Positions 13,353 to 23,143 of a stretch of 64,000 bases of DNA are shown in pieces (positions within the stretch are counted from its first letter, which is position 1; every line of letters starts with the position of its first letter). Location: positions 1,980 through 65,979 of the forward strand of contig DASWDF010000035.1 of the NCBI GenBank assembly GCA_036395475.1. The letters are read 5' to 3'. Origin of the DNA: Casimicrobiaceae bacterium. Lineage in GTDB: Bacteria; Pseudomonadota; Gammaproteobacteria; Burkholderiales; Casimicrobiaceae. The notes under the pieces were generated by a model. That model saw only the letters and a program-made list of their open reading frames with translations. It did not search any database and was not told the origin of the DNA. A program made the translations under genes and the position numbers.

Positions 13353-14033
13353 TTACCATAACGGCTTGCTCAGATTCTGCGCGAACGAGGTGAACATGAT
13401 GTTGAAGCTAATGCTGATTCTCTCTTGCTCGCTCACGTTGGCGTCGACGGAGTGCTCCAGATAAGAGGGAAACATCAGAAGTGTGCCGTTCGTCACTCTG
13501 ACCACGACCTGGTCAGTATTCGCCGACGTAAGTTCCACGACCGGCGGCCGGATAACACGGGTCTGACTTCTAGGGTCATGAAAGTTTATTGTGTCCGAAC
13601 CCGGATGAATTCGAATGTAATAGACGCCGCTCAGGAAATTGTTCGGGTGGCTATGAGCCTTATGAACAGCACCCTTCGCGAGAACGGTGGCCCAGCATCC
13701 AGTGATTTCGAAGGCCTCCTCACCGATTCGCAGGAATCGCAGAATGCTTTTTGCAACGTGACTGACGCAGGAAATGAGTTCCGTGAACTCTTCACGTTCA
13801 TGTAGAGTTTGTTCGGACTGCCATCCCCGGCCGGATTCGAGCGTCGGTAAATTGCGTCTTAGTCCTTCAAGCGTCGCTAGAACTCTTGCATCTATCGCAT
13901 TGCGCAGCTCTGCCTTGAGCAAGACTTTCCAAACCAGCGTGGGAAACATCGGAATCGCATCCGTTGCTTCGATCCACGGATCGCTTTCCTTGACCATGGC
14001 GACTTTGGGACGATTAATGTGGTTCAGCGGCAT
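13353..14033 (-). CDS. 2OG-Fe(II)-oxygenase-like protein (TIGR02466/PF13759-type)
   Basis: 226 aa. HSHPNNFLSGVYY and LMFPSYLEHSV motifs (His-x-His ... His facial-triad pattern of that family). G+C is visibly lower (about 50 % by eye) than the neighbours. Confidence 0.55.
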   Translation of the reverse strand: MPLNHINRPKVAMVKESDPWIEATDAIPMFPTLVWKVLLKAELRNAIDARVLATLEGLRRNLPTLESGRGWQSEQTLHEREEFTELISCVSHVAKSILRFLRIGEEAFEITGCWATVLAKGAVHKAHSHPNNFLSGVYYIRIHPGSDTINFHDPRSQTRVIRPPVVELTSANTDQVVVRVTNGTLLMFPSYLEHSVDANVSEQERISISFNIMFTSFAQNLSKPLW

Positions 14034-14058
14034 CCGGTGTTGGCGAAAAGAGTCTTGG

Positions 14059-14811
14059 CTATTGCGCCTTCACTGGTGCGGCAGGCACGACCGCCGCTGT
14101 GCCTTCGGGGTTGATGTTGAAAACGAGGAACGTGAACGGCTCATCACCGGGGTTTCCCCACTGATGCACGAGAGTGGATGGTTCATAGATAAACGAACCC
14201 GACTCCTTCGCTTCGGTCTTGCCTTCGACCGTGATGGCGCCGGCGCCGGCGAGCACGTTGTAGAGCGCCGCCCCCGTGCGATGGTGGGGCGCGTTGGAAG
14301 GTGAGTGCACCGGAAACGTGATGCGTGTCAGATTGACGTCATGGGGCCCTGGCTTCAACTCGGGAATCGGTTCCATTGTGCGATATAGCTCCGTCACGAG
14401 GGCTGGCGCTGTCGCGGCTGGTCGATCCAGGTCCGCGGCGCGGACGAGAAGAAAGTGAAGGTAGATCGATGTCTCACCTGCACCGGCTTGCAGAGCTGCG
14501 CTTCGCCGGGACGCGATGAACAGTCCATCGCCAGCGTTGATCGTCTTGACTTCGTCGCCAAACGAAACCGTCGTCGATCCGGAGATCTGATAAATGATGC
14601 CGTCGCCCGCGGAGATGCTGCTGCTCTTCTCGCCTGGCGGAATCGTGACCCGCACCGCCCTGAAATAGATCGGCGCATCCGCCACCGTGGCCAATTTCGC
14701 CGTCGCGACCACCGTTCGTCCCGCTGCTTGCGGGGCTGACGTTGTTTGACCAGTCGCGGAGACAGCGAAAATGGCTGCAAGCAGCGCGATAACAGTTGAT
14801 CCGCGCGACAT
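14059..14811 (-). CDS. secreted two-cupin (bicupin-like) protein
   Basis: GAGGG before ATG 14811. Signal peptide MSRGSTVIALLAAIFAVSATG. Two beta-barrel-like halves; the C-terminal one carries HHRTGAALYNV ... LVHQWGN. Confidence 0.55.
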   Translation of the reverse strand: MSRGSTVIALLAAIFAVSATGQTTSAPQAAGRTVVATAKLATVADAPIYFRAVRVTIPPGEKSSSISAGDGIIYQISGSTTVSFGDEVKTINAGDGLFIASRRSAALQAGAGETSIYLHFLLVRAADLDRPAATAPALVTELYRTMEPIPELKPGPHDVNLTRITFPVHSPSNAPHHRTGAALYNVLAGAGAITVEGKTEAKESGSFIYEPSTLVHQWGNPGDEPFTFLVFNINPEGTAAVVPAAPVKAQ

Positions 14812-14871
14812 GATGCAACCCTCAGAAGAATTATTGACGGGATGGCTCATATCCTACGCCCTCGGGCTAAG

Positions 14872-16177
14872 GCGGCACGTGAAAATAACTTGATCAATTC
14901 TGTTTTTGATCTTTAATGAGGCTATGCAGGATGCAGCTGCGCTTCGCCAGATCAAATCCCGATATCGAGCGCTGGCGCCGCTGATGGATGAGCGCATGCG
15001 CCGGCAGTGGGCGGCGACGGAAGCGCAGACCTACGGGCGAGGTGGACTGAGCGCGGTGAGCAGCGCGACGGGGATGTCGCGCAATACTATCCGCAAGGGA
15101 CTCTTCGAGCTGGCGGCGCGCAAGAAAAATCCGCGCGTGCCGGTGGCGACTCGGATCCGCAAGCAAGGCGGCGGGCACAAGCGGCTGACCGAAATGGATC
15201 CCGGGCTGGCGCAGGCGCTGGATCGATTGATCGAACCGACCACTCGGGGCGATCCGATGTCGCCGTTGCGCTGGACCTGCAAGAGCATAATGAATCTGGC
15301 CCAAGCGCTCACCCGCCACGGGCATCCGGTAGGCGCTTGGACGGTCGGGGCGATGTTGAAGCAGGCCGGCTATAGCTTGCAGAGCAACCGCAAGACCAAG
15401 GAAGGCGCTTCGCATCCGGACCGCAATGCGCGGTTCGAATATATCAACGGCTCGGTCGAGCACTTTCAGCAGCGCGGCCAACCGGTGATCTCGGTGGATA
15501 CCAAGAAAAAGGAGCTCGTCGGCCCGTTTAAGAATGGTGGGCGCGAGTGGCAGCGCAAGGGCGAGCCGGAAGAAGTGGTGATCCACGACTTCGTTGAGAG
15601 CAACTGGGCAAGGTCATTCCGCACGGGGTGTTCGACCTCAGTCTGAACGAGGGCTGGGTGAGTGTGGGCATTGATCACGACACGGCGCAGTTCGCGGTAC
15701 AGGCCATCGCTCGGTGGTGGCAGAAGATGGGGGCGAAACGCTATCCCCGCGCCCGAGCACTGCTGATCACCGCCGACGGGGGTGGCAGCAATGGCAGCCG
15801 CTGTCGCCTGTGGAAGGTGGCGCTGCAAGATCTGGCGACGCGGCTGGGGTTGCCTGTTCATGTGCGCCATCTTCCGCCAGGCACCAGCAAATGGAACAAG
15901 ATCGAGCATCGCATGTTCAGCCACATCACCGAGAACTGGCGCGCTCGCCCGTTGGTCAGTCACGAGGTCATTGTTAACCTGATCGCGAACACGAAAACGC
16001 GTAGCGGTCTGCGCATTCGCGCCGCGCTGGACGCGGGACAATATCCAACCGGGATCAAGGTAACCGACGCCGAGCTCAATGCGCTCAATCTCAAGCAAGC
16101 CGAGTTTCACGGCGATTGGAACTACGCGATCCTCCCCCGGCGCAGAAAATAATGGTCAACTTATTTTCACGCGGCGC
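14872..16177 (+). mobile_element. ISAzo13-family insertion sequence (1306 bp) with imperfect terminal inverted repeats and a 5-bp target-site duplication
   Basis: Left end GCGGCACGTGAAAATAACTTGATC versus the reverse complement of the right end GCGCCGCGTGAAAATAAGTTGACC (20/24). Direct CTAAG at 14867-14871 and 16178-16182 immediately flanks both ends. Confidence 0.8.
14924..16152 (+). pseudogene. ISAzo13-family DDE transposase, interrupted by one frameshift near 15597-15603
   Basis: N-part (RRQWAATEAQTYGRGG ... VISVDTKKKELVG ... VVIHDFVE) and C-part (GKVIPHGVFDL ... ITADGGGSNG ... KWNKIEHRMFSHI) lie in frames 2 and 1. No slippery heptamer at the junction. Confidence 0.75.
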
Positions 16178-16464
16178 CTAAGCTGCTGAAGGTTGCCTCG
16201 AAACCTGTTTGTAGCGCCCAGAGGCTCTGAGGTTTACATGATTCAGACCGGTGGTGCCGTCCCTGGAGTGTTGCAGGGAGTGGCCGAGCGGCTGTCCCAC
16301 TGAATCAGACAAGAGAGACAATACCGTCGCTTGAAAAGGGAGACGAAGAGTTGTCCTTGGGCATCATAATCGCCGCGGGCCACGCCGATGCGGCGGCGAT
16401 GCGCGAACGTGCATCCTTCCGCTTTGCGTTTGGCCGCGACCGCTGTCTCAACCGGGAGATCACA

Positions 16465-16920
16465 ATGAATAGACGCAGCATCAGTGGGCACGTGGCCGCT
16501 CTGGGAGTATTCGCTGTCGTAGCGCTGGCGTCGGGAATCGTGTCGGCGGACGAAAAGCCGTACACGGAAGGGACGATCTGGTATATCAGCATGATCCACG
16601 TCAAGCCAGGAATGCTGGACGTGTATATGCGCGACGTCGTGCCTCTTCGAAAAAAGATTAACGAAGAAGCCAAGAAGCAGGGGCTGGTCCTGTCGAGTCA
16701 CATCCTGTCGGGACTTTCGGCCGGCACAGCCGATTTCGACGTGATGTTCATCGAAGAGTACAAGAACTGGGCCGCGTTCGACGGCATTTCCGCAAAGTAC
16801 GACGCCATCGCAAACAAGATCGTGGGACCGGAAGACAAGCAGGTCCAGCTCATGACGAAGAGACTGGAAATCCGAGAGATCGTCGGTGAAAAGGTCATGC
16901 AGGAGCTGTTACCCAAATAG
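16465..16920 (+). CDS. hypothetical secreted protein
   Basis: GGGAGA RBS before ATG 16465. Signal peptide MNRRSISGHVAALGVFAVVALASG. 151 aa, no family recognised. Confidence 0.5.
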   Translation: MNRRSISGHVAALGVFAVVALASGIVSADEKPYTEGTIWYISMIHVKPGMLDVYMRDVVPLRKKINEEAKKQGLVLSSHILSGLSAGTADFDVMFIEEYKNWAAFDGISAKYDAIANKIVGPEDKQVQLMTKRLEIREIVGEKVMQELLPK

Positions 16921-16978
16921 TGAATCGGATCGTTGCAATGGATTCGCACATCGACGTTCGCCATTGAGGGAGAAGGGC

Positions 16979-17491
16979 ATGAACAATGTAAACAGATTGA
17001 GAATCCGTTATCTCTTGGCATGCATGATGGCCGGCGCGCTGGGCTCCGCAAGCTTGGCGAGCGCAGCCGATCCGCCCGACTTCACAATCGACTTCCCGGC
17101 CGGATCGGCGTGCGCATTCGAATTGCTCATTGAGGGTTCGGGTGGCAACCAGGTCTACAGGGAGTTCCTGGACAAGAACGACAACGTCATCCGGACGCTC
17201 AGTGCAGGCACGGGCTCGGCGCTGACGTTCACCAATCTTGACACTGGTGCCACGTTCTCCTCGAAATCCAACGGCGCGGTGACCCACGTCACCTACAATC
17301 CGGACGGTCCTAGCACCTGGGTCACCACGGGACACAACGTCCTCATTCTCTTTCCGACCGACACGCCGCCCGGACCCTCAACGACGCTGTATGTGGGTCG
17401 TGTCGTCTTCACCGTCGACACGAGCTTCAACTTCGCCTTGCAACAGCACAGCGGGACGGCGACCGACATCTGCGCGGCCTTGTCCCCATGA
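16979..17491 (+). CDS. hypothetical secreted protein
   Basis: GAGGGAGAAGGG RBS before ATG 16979. Signal peptide ending SLASAADP. 170 aa, no family recognised. Confidence 0.5.
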   Translation: MNNVNRLRIRYLLACMMAGALGSASLASAADPPDFTIDFPAGSACAFELLIEGSGGNQVYREFLDKNDNVIRTLSAGTGSALTFTNLDTGATFSSKSNGAVTHVTYNPDGPSTWVTTGHNVLILFPTDTPPGPSTTLYVGRVVFTVDTSFNFALQQHSGTATDICAALSP

Positions 17492-17529
17492 CCTCGGCAC
17501 GCTCATGCTCGCGATCGACGATCGCAGCT

Positions 17530-18180
17530 TCACGGGCCGCCGCCAGTGCACACCTGCGCAAGAACCGGCGCGCAGTGGCGCTCGATCTGCGGGGTCACGG
17601 GAAATCGCCGCCGCCGCGAGACAACGACTATGCGATCGACTCGCTCGCCTCCGACATCGCGCGGTTGTGGACAGGCTCGGCCTGAAACGCTTCGTGCTCG
17701 TGGGACACAGCATCGGGGCGCCGCGGCGATCGCATATGCCGGCGCGCATCCCGATCGGGTCGCAGGTCTCGTGCTGGCCGGCGCGCCGGGAAAGGTTCCG
17801 GCCGAGCAAGCGCAACAGACCATGACCGCGATCGAGGGCGACTACGAAAAGGTCATGAAGCAATACTGGGACAAGCTGCTGTCCGGCGCGAAGCGCGAGG
17901 TGCGCGCGCAGAGAGAGCGCGAAATGTGGAGCGTGCCGAAGGAAGCGTCGCTTCGCACATCGGCGCGATATTCGAGTTCGATCCGCTCCCGGCGCTACGG
18001 CGCTATCCCGGGCAGAAGCTCATCCTGTTCACGGCGAGCGGCGACACGCCCACCGATTTGCAGAATCTGCTGCCCGACGTGCCGCACCAGCGCATCGAGG
18101 ACACGAGCCACTGGGTGCAGATGGACGAGCCCGACGAATTCAACCAGGTGCTCGACGCGTTTCTTGCGAGCGTGCGCTAG
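17530..18180 (+). pseudogene. alpha/beta-hydrolase gene remnant, N-terminally truncated with at least 3 frameshifts
   Basis: Pieces occur in three frames. They are RAVALDLRGHGKS, the nucleophile elbow FVLVGHSIGA, AIAYAGAHPDRVAGLVLAGAP, and the C-terminal EDTSHWVQMDEPDEFNQVLDAFL. Confidence 0.7.
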
Positions 18181-18982
18181 CGCGTTCAAGGAGCCGAGGC
18201 GCTTCCATCCGCTGCGTCCACGGGGCGAAAGCGCTCGTGGGCCCGCGCCACCGCAACTCGTCCGCATCGCGGAACAGCGGTGCGTCAGTCCGCAGCGTTG
18301 CAAGATTCTTGAACAGCAGCGCGAGATCGCGGCGCTCGCCCAGCAACGCGGGCGGAAAGTCTTCGATGGCGCCGAACCGGTTCAACAGCTGTGCCGCGGT
18401 GACCGACCCGATCCCCGAAATGCCCGGATATCCGTCCGCCGCGTCGCCGACGAGCGCGAGGAAATCGGGAATCAACTCGGGCTCGACCCCGAACTTCTCG
18501 CGAACGCCCTCCGCGTTGCGGATCTTCTTCGCCTTGCGGTCGACTTGTACGACCCGGTCGCCGCGCACGCACTGCGCGAGATCCTTGTCGGGTGTCCAGA
18601 TGCAAATCTTCTCCGCGCGCTGATCTTCGGATGCGATCCGTGCAGCGGACGCAAGCGCGTCGTCGGCCTCGAGCTCGATCATGGGCCAGACGGCGACGCC
18701 CATCGCGGCGAGCGCTTCTTCCAATGGGTGGAATTGCGCGAGTAGCGCCGGCTCGATTCCTTCGCCTGTCTTGTAGCCGGCCCAAAGGCGGTTGCGAAAC
18801 GATTCGATGACGTGATCGGTGGCGACGCCGACGTGCGTCGCGCCTTCCTCGATCATTTGCAGCACCGTCTGCAGCACGCCGATCACCGCGCCGTGTGGCC
18901 GGTCCTTACCTTTGTTGAAGCGGCGCAGGCCATAGAAGTGCCGGAAGAGCTCGTATGTGCCGTCTACGAGGTGGACGATCAT
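18140..18982 (-). CDS. 5'-3' exonuclease (FEN / Pol I N-terminal domain family)
   Basis: MIVHLVDGTYELFR start, acidic EADDALAS cluster, and H3TH-like LVGDAADGYPGISGIGSVTA. Confidence 0.8.
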   Translation of the reverse strand: MIVHLVDGTYELFRHFYGLRRFNKGKDRPHGAVIGVLQTVLQMIEEGATHVGVATDHVIESFRNRLWAGYKTGEGIEPALLAQFHPLEEALAAMGVAVWPMIELEADDALASAARIASEDQRAEKICIWTPDKDLAQCVRGDRVVQVDRKAKKIRNAEGVREKFGVEPELIPDFLALVGDAADGYPGISGIGSVTAAQLLNRFGAIEDFPPALLGERRDLALLFKNLATLRTDAPLFRDADELRWRGPTSAFAPWTQRMEAPRLLERASARSQETRRAPG

Positions 18983-19071
18983 GCGCCATTATGCCGTCCG
19001 GCGTTGTTGCCGATCGGGTAGACTGCCGTCCGGCCGTGCCGACGACGGGCCTTATGGGCACGTCTGGACCG

Positions 19072-21492
19072 ATGTCGATCGTCAAGACGCAATCGAATCT
19101 CATGATGCACAGGGCTCTGCTGATTTTCGCCGCGGTGTGCGCTTTGCTGCCGGCGTCGCACCTCACGCAAGCACAGACGACGAATGTGGTCGCCGGCGCG
19201 CGCGTGATCGTCAAGTACAAGTCCGAGTCGGCGCTGTTGACCAAAGCGGCGATGTCAGCCGACGCGCAACATTCTCTTCAGGCGCAGGCGCTCGGCGTGC
19301 GCGTGGGTCTGAGGTTGCGCGCCGGTGCAGGTGTGGCCGAGCGCACGCACGTCGTGCTCGCGGACGGCGTGACATCGGAACAACTCGCGCAGCGTCTATC
19401 CGCCGAGAGCGACATCGAATACGCGGTGCCCGACGAGCTTCGCCATCACACGAGCGCGCCGAACGATCCGCTCTATCTGGCGGGCCCTGCCGTTTCGGGA
19501 ACTACCGGCGGGCCCGTGGTCGGCCAGTGGTATCTGCGCGCTCCCTCGGGCGACGTGCAATCGTCGATCAATGTCGAGCCGGCGTGGGACCTGAGCATCG
19601 GCTCGAACATCGTGGTCGCCGTGATCGACACCGGCGTGCTGTTCGATCATCGCGACCTTTTGAGCGTGGGCGCCGGCGGGCCGTTGCTGCCCGGTTACGA
19701 CATGGTGAGCGAAGTTGCCTTCGCCAACGACGGCGACGGACGCGACGCCGACCCGTCGGATCCCGGTGACTGGGTCACGCTTGCCGAAATCGAGCAGCCG
19801 GGACCGCTGCATGGTTGCCATACCGACGCGAGCGACAGCTCGTGGCACGGAATGCAGACGAGCAGCCTGATCGGTGCGTTGACGAACAACGGCATCGGCA
19901 TGGCGAGCGTCGGGCGCGGCGTGCGTGTGCTCCCCGTGCGCGTGCTGGGCAAGTGCGGCGGCTTCGATTCGGACATCATCGCGGGCATGCTGTGGGCGGC
20001 GGGCATCAGCGTTCCGGGAGTGCCCGCCAATCCGAATCCGGCGCGCGTGCTCAACATCAGCTTGGGCGGCGAGCATCCGTGCAACAGCGCCTACTCCGAT
20101 GCGATCGCCCGCATCAGTGCCGTGGGCGCAGTCGTTGTCGCGTCGGCCGGCAACAGCGTGGGGCATGCCGTGGGCGTGCCGGCGAATTGCGCTGGCGCAA
20201 TTGCCGTTGGTGGCCTTCGGCACGCCGGGACGAAGGTCGGGTTCTCCGACCTCGGGCCCGACATCGCGATCAGCGCACCGGCCGGCAATTGCGTCAACAT
20301 CGGTGCAGGCGAGCCGTGCCTCTATCCCATCATCACCGCGAAGAATTTAGCGCGCACCACGCCCATCCCGGATGCCATCGGTGGCTCGATTTACACGGAT
20401 AGCTTCAGGCCCTCGTTGGGCACGAGCTTTTCGGCACCGTTGGTCGCTGGCACCGCCGCGCTGATGCTGTCGCTGCAGCCGTCGCTCACCGCCGCGCAAG
20501 TGCGCGCGCTGTTGCGGGCAAGCGCGCGGCCCTTTCCGACCACCGGCGGCGACAACTCCGACGGCACGGTCGTGCCGCAATGTGTCGCGCCGCAACCGAT
20601 CGGGATCACGCAGATCGATCAACTGCAGTGCTACTGCACGACATCCACCTGCGGTGCGGGCATGCTCGACGCAGGCGCGGCGGTGCTCGCCGCGAAAGCG
20701 ATCGGATCTCCGAATTACACCGGGCTCTTCTGGAACGCGCCGGCGAACTCCGAGTCCGGGTGGGGTATCAATTTCGCGCACCAGGGCGATCAGATCTTCG
20801 CCACCTGGTTCACGTACGACACGACCGGCAAAGCGTGGTGGCTGTCGATGCTCGCCGAGCGCACGGCGGCGAACAGCAATGCCTATACGGGCACGATCAA
20901 CGCCAGCACCGGGCCACCGTTCAACAACTTTGTCGGCGCGGCTTCAGCGAACGCAGTCGGAATGGGCAAGTTGACGTTTGCCAATACCGACAACGCCAGC
21001 TTCGAGTACACGGTGAATCAAATTTCCCAGACAAAGGCGCTGATCCGGTTCAATCTGGGTACCGGCGCGCAGCCGATGTGCTTCTACAGCACGACCACGC
21101 CCAACCTCGTCGCAGCCACCAACTACCAGGACCTTTGGTGGATGCCGCAGGAATCAGGCTGGGGAATCAACTTCGCGCAGCAAGGCGACACCATTTTCGC
21201 CACCTGGTACACGTATGATCTCGACCGCACGCCGCTGTGGCTGACGGCGCTTGCCCAACGGCAGGCGAACAGCAACGTCTACTCGGGAACGATCTATCGC
21301 ACGTCGGGTCCGCGCTTCGATGCGTACGATCCGTCGAAGCTCACTTCGATTCCGGTCGGTACGGCGATGTTCACCTTCGCCGACGGCAACCATGCGATGT
21401 TCGATTACACGGTGATCTATACGCCGCTTCCACAGACCAAGCAGATTACGCGCTTTCCGTTCGCCGCAGCGGGCGGAGTCATTTGCCAGTAA
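19072..21492 (+). CDS. secreted S8 (subtilisin-like) serine peptidase with a tandem C-terminal domain of unknown function
   Basis: Catalytic triad contexts VAVIDTGV, SWHGMQTS and GTSFSAPLVAG. Signal peptide around MMHRALLIFAAVCALLPA. Start could be 19072, 19102 or 19105. Confidence 0.85.
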   Translation: MSIVKTQSNLMMHRALLIFAAVCALLPASHLTQAQTTNVVAGARVIVKYKSESALLTKAAMSADAQHSLQAQALGVRVGLRLRAGAGVAERTHVVLADGVTSEQLAQRLSAESDIEYAVPDELRHHTSAPNDPLYLAGPAVSGTTGGPVVGQWYLRAPSGDVQSSINVEPAWDLSIGSNIVVAVIDTGVLFDHRDLLSVGAGGPLLPGYDMVSEVAFANDGDGRDADPSDPGDWVTLAEIEQPGPLHGCHTDASDSSWHGMQTSSLIGALTNNGIGMASVGRGVRVLPVRVLGKCGGFDSDIIAGMLWAAGISVPGVPANPNPARVLNISLGGEHPCNSAYSDAIARISAVGAVVVASAGNSVGHAVGVPANCAGAIAVGGLRHAGTKVGFSDLGPDIAISAPAGNCVNIGAGEPCLYPIITAKNLARTTPIPDAIGGSIYTDSFRPSLGTSFSAPLVAGTAALMLSLQPSLTAAQVRALLRASARPFPTTGGDNSDGTVVPQCVAPQPIGITQIDQLQCYCTTSTCGAGMLDAGAAVLAAKAIGSPNYTGLFWNAPANSESGWGINFAHQGDQIFATWFTYDTTGKAWWLSMLAERTAANSNAYTGTINASTGPPFNNFVGAASANAVGMGKLTFANTDNASFEYTVNQISQTKALIRFNLGTGAQPMCFYSTTTPNLVAATNYQDLWWMPQESGWGINFAQQGDTIFATWYTYDLDRTPLWLTALAQRQANSNVYSGTIYRTSGPRFDAYDPSKLTSIPVGTAMFTFADGNHAMFDYTVIYTPLPQTKQITRFPFAAAGGVICQ

Positions 21493-21540
21493 CGGTCACC
21501 ACTTTAACGCGATGGGCGCGATTCAACGCCCGTCATTGCG

Positions 21541-22079
21541 CAGGATCGCTGGCATTCGCCTCTTGACCGGCGAGGACTGAATGGTCCGCGTGTCGGTCAT
21601 CGCGAGCGCTTTGACGCCAGCACGCGGCGTATCAAGGGCGAACTTACCGGAGACGGTCTCAATGCGCCGGTCGTTGTCGCGGTGAACCGCGGCACGACGG
21701 CAAGCTGTACGCCATTGGTGGCCGCAGCGGGCCCAACGACTTCGGCGCCGTCGACATCTACGATCCCATTTCGGACTCGTGGGCTGCGGGTCCTTCGATC
21801 GAGCCCCGAGGAACCGCGGGCGCAGTCGTCTACTGCGACGCCATCTGGCTCTTCGGTGGCGAATCGCAGGCGCGACGTGCAAGCCTCGGCGAGGTGTTGC
21901 GATTGCCGCGGAACGGCACGTGGCAATCGATGTCCACCCTGCCGACTGCCCGCAATTTCGCGCGAGCGGTCGTGCTCGGCGACGCGATCTACGTCGTCGG
22001 CGGCAGCCCGACACCCGAACCGAGTCACGCATCCGAAGGAAGCCGCATCGTCGAGCGCTTTCACGTCGATTGCAAGTAG
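21541..22079 (+). pseudogene. Kelch-repeat protein 3' remnant (5'-truncated, one frameshift near 21690)
   Basis: Kelch blades GKLYAIGGRSG, AIWLFGGES and AIYVVGGSP read in frame 0 from about 21693. The upstream blade is in another frame. There is no start, and the remnant begins right after the S8 gene stop. Confidence 0.6.
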
Positions 22080-22085
22080 GCACAC

Positions 22086-22556
22086 ATGTCGCGAATCTTC
22101 GTTACCGGTTCTGCCGATGGGCTGGGGCGCATGGCGGCCCGTTTGATGATGAGCGACGGTCATCGCGTCGTGCTCCATGCGCGCAACGAGGCCCGTGCAG
22201 CCGAGGCGCTCGCCGGCGTTCCGCGAGCAGAAACAGTCGTTGTCGGCGATCTGTCGAGCATCGAGGAATGCCGCCAGATCGCAGCACAAGTTAACAAGCT
22301 CGGTAGGTTCGACGCCGTCATCCACAACGCCGGCGTCGGCTATCGCGAGCCCAAGCAGACGACCGCCGACGGCCTGCCGCACGTGTTCGCGATCAACACG
22401 CTCGCGCCGTATGTGCTGACCGCGCTCATCGACAAGCCGAAGCGATTGGTCTACTTGAGCTCAGGCATGCACTACAGCGGCGACCCGAGCTTGAAGGATC
22501 TGACGTGGAGCAAGCGAGCGTGGAACGGGTCGAGCGCCTACGCGGATTCCAAAGCT
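22086..22556 (+). pseudogene. SDR-family oxidoreductase truncated just after its YxxxK catalytic motif
   Basis: IFVTGSADGLGR cofactor motif and SAYADSK active site. After about 22556 the frame reads low-complexity R/S/T sequence, whereas the +1 frame becomes TIR-like. Confidence 0.65.
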
Positions 22557-23113
22557 GCACGCGCAAGGACTACTACTTCGCCGAGTCGCTCGCGTTTCAC
22601 CTTCTTCGCAGCGGCGTGCCGGCGTGGATGGATGTCAAGGATCTCAAGCCGGGTGACGATTGGGAGCGCGATCTCGAGAACGCGCTCGATGCCGCGTCGA
22701 CCTTGCTGCTCGTCGCGTCGCCGCCGGCCATCGAGTCGGAACGCGTTCGCGCCGAATGGCAGCGCGCACTGCGGCGAGGCTGCCGCGTCATCGTCGTACG
22801 CTTTCGCAACGTGAATCTGCCATCGGAGTTGCAGGCCTGCGAAGTCGTGGATTTCCGAGGATCCTTCAGCCGTGCATTGCAAAGGCTGACGACGCATCTC
22901 GTGCCCGCTACAACCGGCGCCAGCGTGACTGCGTCGTCGAGCGCAGCGGGATCATGGCCTGCGCTGCCGCCGTGGGTCGTGGTGATGACGCTCGCCCTTG
23001 CCATTCCCACGCTGGGGTACTTCCTGGCGGCGAGCTGGGACATTCCTGCCGACACGGAATATCGGTTGTTCGTCCTGCTCGCAGCGCCGCTCGGAGCGCT
23101 CGCCTTGGTGTGA
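22505..23113 (+). CDS. TIR-like domain protein with two C-terminal TM helices (no canonical start; GTG 22505 or 22520)
   Basis: FQSCTRKDYYFAESLAFHLLRSGVPAWMDVKDLKPGDDWERDLENALDAASTLLLVASPPAIESERVRAEW fits the bacterial TIR_2 pattern (FxSYxxxD ... G...W.D...PG..W...I..A ... S..S.WV..E). Two hydrophobic helices follow, then TGA at 23111. Confidence 0.6.
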   Translation: MEQASVERVERLRGFQSCTRKDYYFAESLAFHLLRSGVPAWMDVKDLKPGDDWERDLENALDAASTLLLVASPPAIESERVRAEWQRALRRGCRVIVVRFRNVNLPSELQACEVVDFRGSFSRALQRLTTHLVPATTGASVTASSSAAGSWPALPPWVVVMTLALAIPTLGYFLAASWDIPADTEYRLFVLLAAPLGALALV

Positions 23114-23143
23114 TTCTTCTGTTTCGCGTTCGTGCGCCGGCGC

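Noticed and set aside
15590-15635. Programmed ribosomal frameshift in the ISAzo13-family transposase.
   Set aside because: No A-AAA-AAG-like slippery heptamer or downstream structure is evident, and the family is normally single-ORF. It is treated as a mutation or sequence error.
21597-22382. 261-aa minus-strand ORF spanning the Kelch remnant and the SDR start.
   Set aside because: No recognisable motifs. The opposite strand carries clear Kelch blades and the SDR cofactor motif, so this is a shadow ORF.
23111-23113. In-frame TGA between the two TIR/TM ORFs as selenocysteine or programmed readthrough.
   Set aside because: The codon lies in a hydrophobic helix context with no redox motif. I see no obvious stem-loop of the bacterial SECIS type immediately downstream. 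TGA is used as an ordinary stop by many genes here. A nonsense mutation or a genuine gene boundary is simpler.
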